In this document: piece after piece, positions 58,899 through 64,000 of the stretch
Layout: each line of letters opens with the position of its first letter
How positions within the stretch are numbered: position 1 is the first letter of the stretch
Source: Opitutales bacterium
GTDB taxonomy: Bacteria; Verrucomicrobiota; Verrucomicrobiia; Opitutales; Seribacteraceae
Assembly: GCA_028101545.1 (NCBI GenBank)
Contig: JAOHKZ010000007.1
Coordinates: 6,168-70,167, forward strand
Direction of reading: 5' to 3'
Length of the DNA stretch: 64,000 bases
Notes under the pieces: generated by a model
Told to the model about the DNA's origin: nothing
Database searches by the model: none
What the model saw: the letters and a program-made list of their open reading frames with translations, nothing else
Position numbers and translations under genes: made by a program

Positions 58899-60395
58899 AT
58901 GACAGCACAATTGGTGGAGGAAACGGAAAAACCGAAAAAAGCCCTGAAGCGAAAAATTGAGGAATTGGGGGAGGAATTTGGCTACCTGCAGAGAAAATGC
59001 CGGGAGTTTGGAATCCCCGTACTTATTGTGGTGGAAGGATGGAGTGCGGCGGGAAAAGGCTCGATGATTAACAAGATCATTCAACCCCTCGATCCGCGTG
59101 GATTCAAGGTTACCTGTATTGCATCTCCTAGTCGAGATGAGCAATTACGCCCCTTTTTATGGCGCTTCTGGAGACGTACGCCATCCGCTGAGAAAATGGC
59201 TATTTTTGACCGTAGTTGGTATCGCAATCTACTTGATGAAGTGGTGGATGGAAATTTAAGTGGTGAGGATTTGGAAAAGGCATATGCGGATATACGATCC
59301 TTTGAAAGGCAGTTAAGGGATAGTGGAACCATAATTTTTAAATTATTTCTTAATATTTCCAAAAAGGAACAGGCCCAGCGTTTGCAAACATTGAGAAAAA
59401 ATCCAAACACTTCCTGGCGGGTTGATGATGGGGTGTTAGCCAGGCATTACAAATACGATGAATATAAACAGGCAAGTAAGGAAATGTTTGCCGAGACAGA
59501 TGTTGATGATGGAGCTCACTGGCAGGAAATAGACACCACTAAATTTTTACCGGCCACAGCTAAAGTTTTGGATGTGTTGGTGAGTCTTTTAAAAAACAAA
59601 GTTGAGAAGAGAAAAAATGGGATAAAGTTTAATCGTAATATACCGTCCACTGAACTGCCTCATTTTAAAACGGCACCATCTTTAGCAAAAGTGGATACAT
59701 CGTTAACTCTTAGAAAAGAAGAATATCGGGATCAACTTTTTACACGTCAGAAAAGAATACACGAGCTGCATAATGAATTATACCGCCTGCGTATTCCAAT
59801 GGTCATTGTGTATGAGGGATGGGATGCCGCTGGTAAGGGAGGAAATATTCGTAGATTAACCGAGGAGATGGATCCCCGGGGCTACGAGGTTATTCCCATT
59901 GCAGCTCCAAATGATGTCGAAAAAGCCCATCATTATCTCTGGCGCTTCTGGACAGAGTTTCCAAAGGCCGGACATTTAACTATTTTTGACCGTTCCTGGT
60001 ATGGTCGTGTATTGGTTGAACGGGTGGAAGGTTTTTGCAGCGAGAATGATTGGAAACAGGCTTATCGTGAAATAAATGAAATGGAGGAAAATTTCCATAA
60101 TTATGGAACCGCCTTGGTCAAATTCTGGGTCCATATTGATAAGGACGAACAATTAAAACGATTTGAAGCCCGAAAGGAAAACCCGGCCAAATTATGGAAA
60201 TTACATGAGGAAGACTGGAGAAACCGGGAAAAGTGGAATCTATACGAAAAAGCGGCCGAGGAAATGTTTTTACGAACTCATACACCCATTGCCCCATGGA
60301 CGATCATAGAGGGTAATTGTAAAAGACATGCTCGAATAAAAGCTATGGATGTCGTGATTGAGGCGATAGAGAAGAAAATCGACGAGAAGGGGTAG
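58899..60395 (+). CDS. Polyphosphate:AMP phosphotransferase (two-domain, class II PPK2)
   Basis: Two PPK2 domains (EGWSAAGKG and EGWDAAGKGG, each with FDRSWY). Confidence 0.92.
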   Translation: MTAQLVEETEKPKKALKRKIEELGEEFGYLQRKCREFGIPVLIVVEGWSAAGKGSMINKIIQPLDPRGFKVTCIASPSRDEQLRPFLWRFWRRTPSAEKMAIFDRSWYRNLLDEVVDGNLSGEDLEKAYADIRSFERQLRDSGTIIFKLFLNISKKEQAQRLQTLRKNPNTSWRVDDGVLARHYKYDEYKQASKEMFAETDVDDGAHWQEIDTTKFLPATAKVLDVLVSLLKNKVEKRKNGIKFNRNIPSTELPHFKTAPSLAKVDTSLTLRKEEYRDQLFTRQKRIHELHNELYRLRIPMVIVYEGWDAAGKGGNIRRLTEEMDPRGYEVIPIAAPNDVEKAHHYLWRFWTEFPKAGHLTIFDRSWYGRVLVERVEGFCSENDWKQAYREINEMEENFHNYGTALVKFWVHIDKDEQLKRFEARKENPAKLWKLHEEDWRNREKWNLYEKAAEEMFLRTHTPIAPWTIIEGNCKRHARIKAMDVVIEAIEKKIDEKG

Positions 60396-60433
60396 AGATG
60401 CCAATCGGCTATCTTTATTCAGGATAAAAAGGT

Positions 60434-60919
60434 TTATTTTCTTTCGGTTAATTCTTCCATGCCTTCAATTCCTTTGAGGGCTATTATTTTATCAATGTCG
60501 GGATTGGCTCCACTTACACCGATTGCCCCCACCACTTTGCCTCTATAATACAAGGGGATACCGCCTTTTACTCCACGAATCACCTTCAGTGTACCAATAT
60601 CTATAATTTCAAGATTCTGTCCATTGCGAGCCGGTAGCTCTTCCGTGGAGACACCTTTGAAGCATGAGGTTTGTGCTTTGAATTTAGCAAAATCATAGAG
60701 CCCGGGGTCCATTTTCTCACTCTTGGAACTAGCCAGGATTCGGCCATCGATTCCAACGATCACAATACCAACATCAACCTCTTGATTTATCGATTCCTTA
60801 TGACAAATTGCGAGAATTTTTAATGCCGTGCTTGTATTCAGTCTGGGGATTTCTTCCAATTTGACTTTGCCGCAAAGGAAAAGGGCACAAGAAAGATATA
60901 GTAAGGAGATAATTTTCAT
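60434..60919 (-). CDS. GlcG/HbpS-family haem-binding protein, probably exported
   Basis: Hydrophobic N-terminus; KAQTS and GGIPL...VVGAIGVSGA..D motifs. Confidence 0.82.
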   Translation of the reverse strand: MKIISLLYLSCALFLCGKVKLEEIPRLNTSTALKILAICHKESINQEVDVGIVIVGIDGRILASSKSEKMDPGLYDFAKFKAQTSCFKGVSTEELPARNGQNLEIIDIGTLKVIRGVKGGIPLYYRGKVVGAIGVSGANPDIDKIIALKGIEGMEELTERK

Positions 60920-61143
60920 ATTTTGAATTTCCGATTTTGTAAATTAATCAGATGCGAACAGATATTTTAATATTTTAACTTTAAAACAGTGCAACACAAT
61001 GAGGAATTTTCAGTGTCCATTTTTTTAATTTTAGGATTGAGAGGAACGAGGTATTGATATGCTTTAAAATTTGTTTTCTTTGCTAGGTAAAGAAAATCCC
61101 TATTTTTTGTATTCTTTTAAACTCCTAACCTGTTGAAATTACG

Positions 61144-62181
61144 ATGAACCAAGAAGTCCCCAATAACCGTAGTGGCCTGCTCGCGGGCGGAAACTGGATT
61201 ATAGATCAAGTTAAAATGATCGATGTCTATCCCGGGCATGAACAACTTGCTAATATTTCCGGACAGTCTCAAGGGACAGGTGGTTCGCCTTATAATGTTT
61301 TGCTTGATCTGGCTAAACTCGGAGCAAGTTTTCCTTTGGTTGGTGCGGGCTTAGTGGGGCAGGATGCTTTGGGAGAATATATTATTGATGATTGCCGATC
61401 CAATAATATTGATCCGTCTTTTATCTCTGTTTCTCCGGGTACTTCTACATCGTACACCGATGTAATGACAGAAATTGAGGGAGGCAGGCGTACTTTTTTT
61501 CATAACCGGGGAGCCAATGCGACTTGGAATGGGAGTGATATTAATTTTTCTGCGAGCAATGCAAAGATTTTTCATCTTGGATATTTACTCCTGCTTGATG
61601 CGATTGATGCGGAGGATTCGGAATATGGAACGGTTGGGGCAGCATTACTTGCCAAGGCACGTTCGGCTGGGTTTAAGACAAGCATTGATGTGGTCAGCGA
61701 AGATAGTGAGCGTTTTTCAAAAATCATTGGTCCGGCTTTAAAGCAGGTTGATTATTGTATTCTTAATGAGATTGAGGCGAGTAAGGTGACTGGAGTCGAA
61801 GTTCGCAGAGATGGAAAATTAATTGAAGAGGGAATTGAAGAGGCAAGCAGTAAACTTTTTGAACTCGGGGTAACCGATTTGGTTGCGATTCATTTTCCTG
61901 AGGGTGCGTACGGGGAGAAGAGTTCAGGTGAAAAATTGAGACAAGGTTCTCTTGCTTTACCCAAAGGGTATATTAAAGGAGCAGCAGGAGCGGGTGATGC
62001 ATTCTGTTCCGGAGTTCTTTACGGAGTCCATGAAGACTGGCCCCTCGAGAAATGTCTCCTTACCGGGACCTGTGCTGCCACTGCATGCATGTCCGATCCG
62101 ACCTGTACCGATGGTTTACGCTCGCTCGAAGAATGCCTTGCCTTGGTCGACGAGTTTGGTATCGGCGAAGACGAAAGCTAA
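61144..62181 (+). CDS. PfkB-family carbohydrate kinase
   Basis: GGSPYNV, GLVGQD, NEIEA and GAGDAF motifs. Confidence 0.92.
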   Translation: MNQEVPNNRSGLLAGGNWIIDQVKMIDVYPGHEQLANISGQSQGTGGSPYNVLLDLAKLGASFPLVGAGLVGQDALGEYIIDDCRSNNIDPSFISVSPGTSTSYTDVMTEIEGGRRTFFHNRGANATWNGSDINFSASNAKIFHLGYLLLLDAIDAEDSEYGTVGAALLAKARSAGFKTSIDVVSEDSERFSKIIGPALKQVDYCILNEIEASKVTGVEVRRDGKLIEEGIEEASSKLFELGVTDLVAIHFPEGAYGEKSSGEKLRQGSLALPKGYIKGAAGAGDAFCSGVLYGVHEDWPLEKCLLTGTCAATACMSDPTCTDGLRSLEECLALVDEFGIGEDES

Positions 62182-62212
62182 TTCTACGGATAATCTCCCC
62201 CCCAATTTTAAT

Positions 62213-63532
62213 ATGACTCAAGACTCCTTAAACGATTTCGAATTATCAACGCGGCGACAGGCATTGGCTACATTAGCCAGAGAGGAAAAATTTCCTCCGA
62301 TCCGTCCAATTGTCAACGCACATGCCCATACTTTTTACTCATTTAATTATAAAGGATATTCACCGAGCCGTTTTGTTGTGGAAGCTAAGCGTGAAGGTTT
62401 GGAAATGGGGGGAATTGTTGATTTTGATGTATTGGATGGTTTGGAAGAATTCTGGGAAGCCAGTCGATTACTTGATTTAAAAGGGTGTGTGGGGATTGAA
62501 TCTCGGGTATTTGTTCCGGAATTTTCTGATCGTGAAATCAATTCTCCAGGCGAACCTGGCATTAGTTATCATATGGGGACTGGATTTACAACCGCGGCAA
62601 TACCAACGGAAGCCCAGGCCTTTTTGGATAATATGAGATTCACTTCAGCCCAGCGTAATCAGGCGATGGTTACAAGGGTGAATGAATTTCTCTCCCCCCT
62701 TGTTTTGAATTATGACGAGGATGTCCTTCCTTTAACACCAAATGGAAATGCGACCGAACGCCACCTCTGCCTCGCTTATGCGAGAAAGGCATCATCGATG
62801 TTCCCGGAGGAATCGGATTTAGGTAAATTTTGGAGCGAAAAACTAGGGGTTTCCCAAGACGATATTAAAGATTTACCCGAGGGTCGGCCGATCACCGATT
62901 TAATCCGTGCTAAAACGATGAAGCAGGGTGGGGTGGGATATGTTAAACCAGATTCGGGTTCCTTTCCGAAGATGGCGGAAATGAATGAATTTGTTTTATT
63001 ATGCGGTGCAATTCCAACTTTTACCTGGCTGGATGGTTGCTCAGATGGTGAGCAGTCGATTGAAGAATTAGTGGAGGTCGGTCGTTCCACTGGAGTGGCC
63101 GCATTTAATATTATTCCTGATCGAAATTATACCCCTGGGCAATCGGATCAGAAATTGGAAAATTTAAACCAGGTGATTCAGTTGACTAAAGATCTGGGCC
63201 TTCCTCTGCTCGGGGGGACTGAGATGAATAGTCCGGGGCAAAAATTTGTTGATGATTTTTCTTCCGCTGAATTAGCTCCACACCAAGCGGTTTTTATACG
63301 TGGTTCATGGATCCTTCATGCCCATTCAACCTTACAAAGGTATGCCGGAATGGGTTATCTTAGTGAATGGGCAAACAGTCAGTTTTCGGATGTTTCAGCC
63401 AAAAACGAATTTTACGCATCTTTTGGGGAAAGCTTTTCTCCCCGGGGTGACGATAGGTTGAAGGATTCCCTTAATGCCGAGATGGGTGCAACCGAGGTCC
63501 TTGATTTAATGACCAAGGTTATGTCCGCTTAG
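62213..63532 (+). CDS. PHP-like metal-dependent phosphoesterase domain protein
   Basis: Likely start MTQDS at 62213; NAHAHTFYS, GIVDFD, GIE and GTEMN motifs. Confidence 0.65.
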   Translation: MTQDSLNDFELSTRRQALATLAREEKFPPIRPIVNAHAHTFYSFNYKGYSPSRFVVEAKREGLEMGGIVDFDVLDGLEEFWEASRLLDLKGCVGIESRVFVPEFSDREINSPGEPGISYHMGTGFTTAAIPTEAQAFLDNMRFTSAQRNQAMVTRVNEFLSPLVLNYDEDVLPLTPNGNATERHLCLAYARKASSMFPEESDLGKFWSEKLGVSQDDIKDLPEGRPITDLIRAKTMKQGGVGYVKPDSGSFPKMAEMNEFVLLCGAIPTFTWLDGCSDGEQSIEELVEVGRSTGVAAFNIIPDRNYTPGQSDQKLENLNQVIQLTKDLGLPLLGGTEMNSPGQKFVDDFSSAELAPHQAVFIRGSWILHAHSTLQRYAGMGYLSEWANSQFSDVSAKNEFYASFGESFSPRGDDRLKDSLNAEMGATEVLDLMTKVMSA

Positions 63533-63538
63533 GAAATA

Positions 63539-64000
63539 ATGTCTACTTTTGTAGGCTTTGGTTTTGGGGCGATTCAGGGTGGTCTTTTTTTATCCGAAGC
63601 TTACTCGTCAAATTCTTTTAACCGGCTGGTTGTTTCCGAAATAGATCAGCAAACAGTTGATCAAGTCAGGGCGGGAGAGGGTACATACTCTTGCAATATT
63701 GCTGAGGCAGACGGGGTAAGGGTAAAAAAAATTGAGGGCATTGAGATTTACAATCCATTGGTTGCAACCGATCGGATGAAGCTTATTCAAGCAATTTCAG
63801 AAGCACAGGAAATGTGCACAGCATTACCCAGTTTCAAACTTTATGATGCGGGGGAAGATTCAGTAGCAAAAATAATTTGTGAAGGTTTAAAAATAAAAAT
63901 GGAATCTTCTGAACTGCCCTCTGCAGTGATTTATGCTGCAGAGAATGATTCGCGGGCAGCATCCCGATTGAGAAAGGCGTGTGTAAAATATTTACCGGGT
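63539..64000 (+). CDS. Mannitol-1-phosphate dehydrogenase-like Rossmann protein, truncated by the window end
   Basis: Not in the ORF track. Hand translation MSTFVGFGFGAIQGGLF...TALPS...IYAAEND, open to base 64000. Confidence 0.75.
   Translation, partial: MSTFVGFGFGAIQGGLFLSEAYSSNSFNRLVVSEIDQQTVDQVRAGEGTYSCNIAEADGVRVKKIEGIEIYNPLVATDRMKLIQAISEAQEMCTALPSFKLYDAGEDSVAKIICEGLKIKMESSELPSAVIYAAENDSRAASRLRKACVKYLPG

Noticed and set aside
61952-62212. ORF-track N-terminal extension of the PHP-like gene
   Set aside because: Overlaps the PfkB gene by 230 bp with non-protein-like sequence; ATG at 62213 fits better.

Overview
Gene-dense, AT-rich bacterial chromosome segment. It is most consistent with a marine Verrucomicrobiota (Opitutales-like) genome, inferred from gene content (SHD1-like and GYF_2 proteins, PVC-type MoxR/vWA cluster, cytochrome b-c fusion, bamD-lptE-rpe order); no database search was possible. 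The left two thirds are mostly housekeeping: glmM, trpD, uppP, rpmF-plsX-fabH, rpe, membrane pyrophosphatase, Rieske/cytochrome bc, nth, clpB, pyrG, sdhCAB, argH. About 20 kb on the minus strand carries a partial ebo operon (eboE-C-D-F) followed by a MoxR-DUF58-vWA-vWA/PA14-giant coiled-coil-prenyltransferase-repeat cluster. Next come an ECF sigma/anti-sigma/PDZ trio, a porin, a two-domain PPK2 and a sugar/polyol operon. The most striking unannotated signal is in the 560-bp gap at 54996-55555: two tandem cassettes, each with an identical sigma54-type promoter (TTGGCATCAGAGATGCAA), a ~70-nt structured non-coding body and an intrinsic terminator. These are candidate sibling sigma54-dependent sRNAs. 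Also notable are a sigma54-type promoter placed to give a leaderless clpB mRNA with an upstream palindrome, and a secreted LIM + DA1-like zinc peptidase. No rRNA, tRNA, CRISPR array or transposase was recognised.
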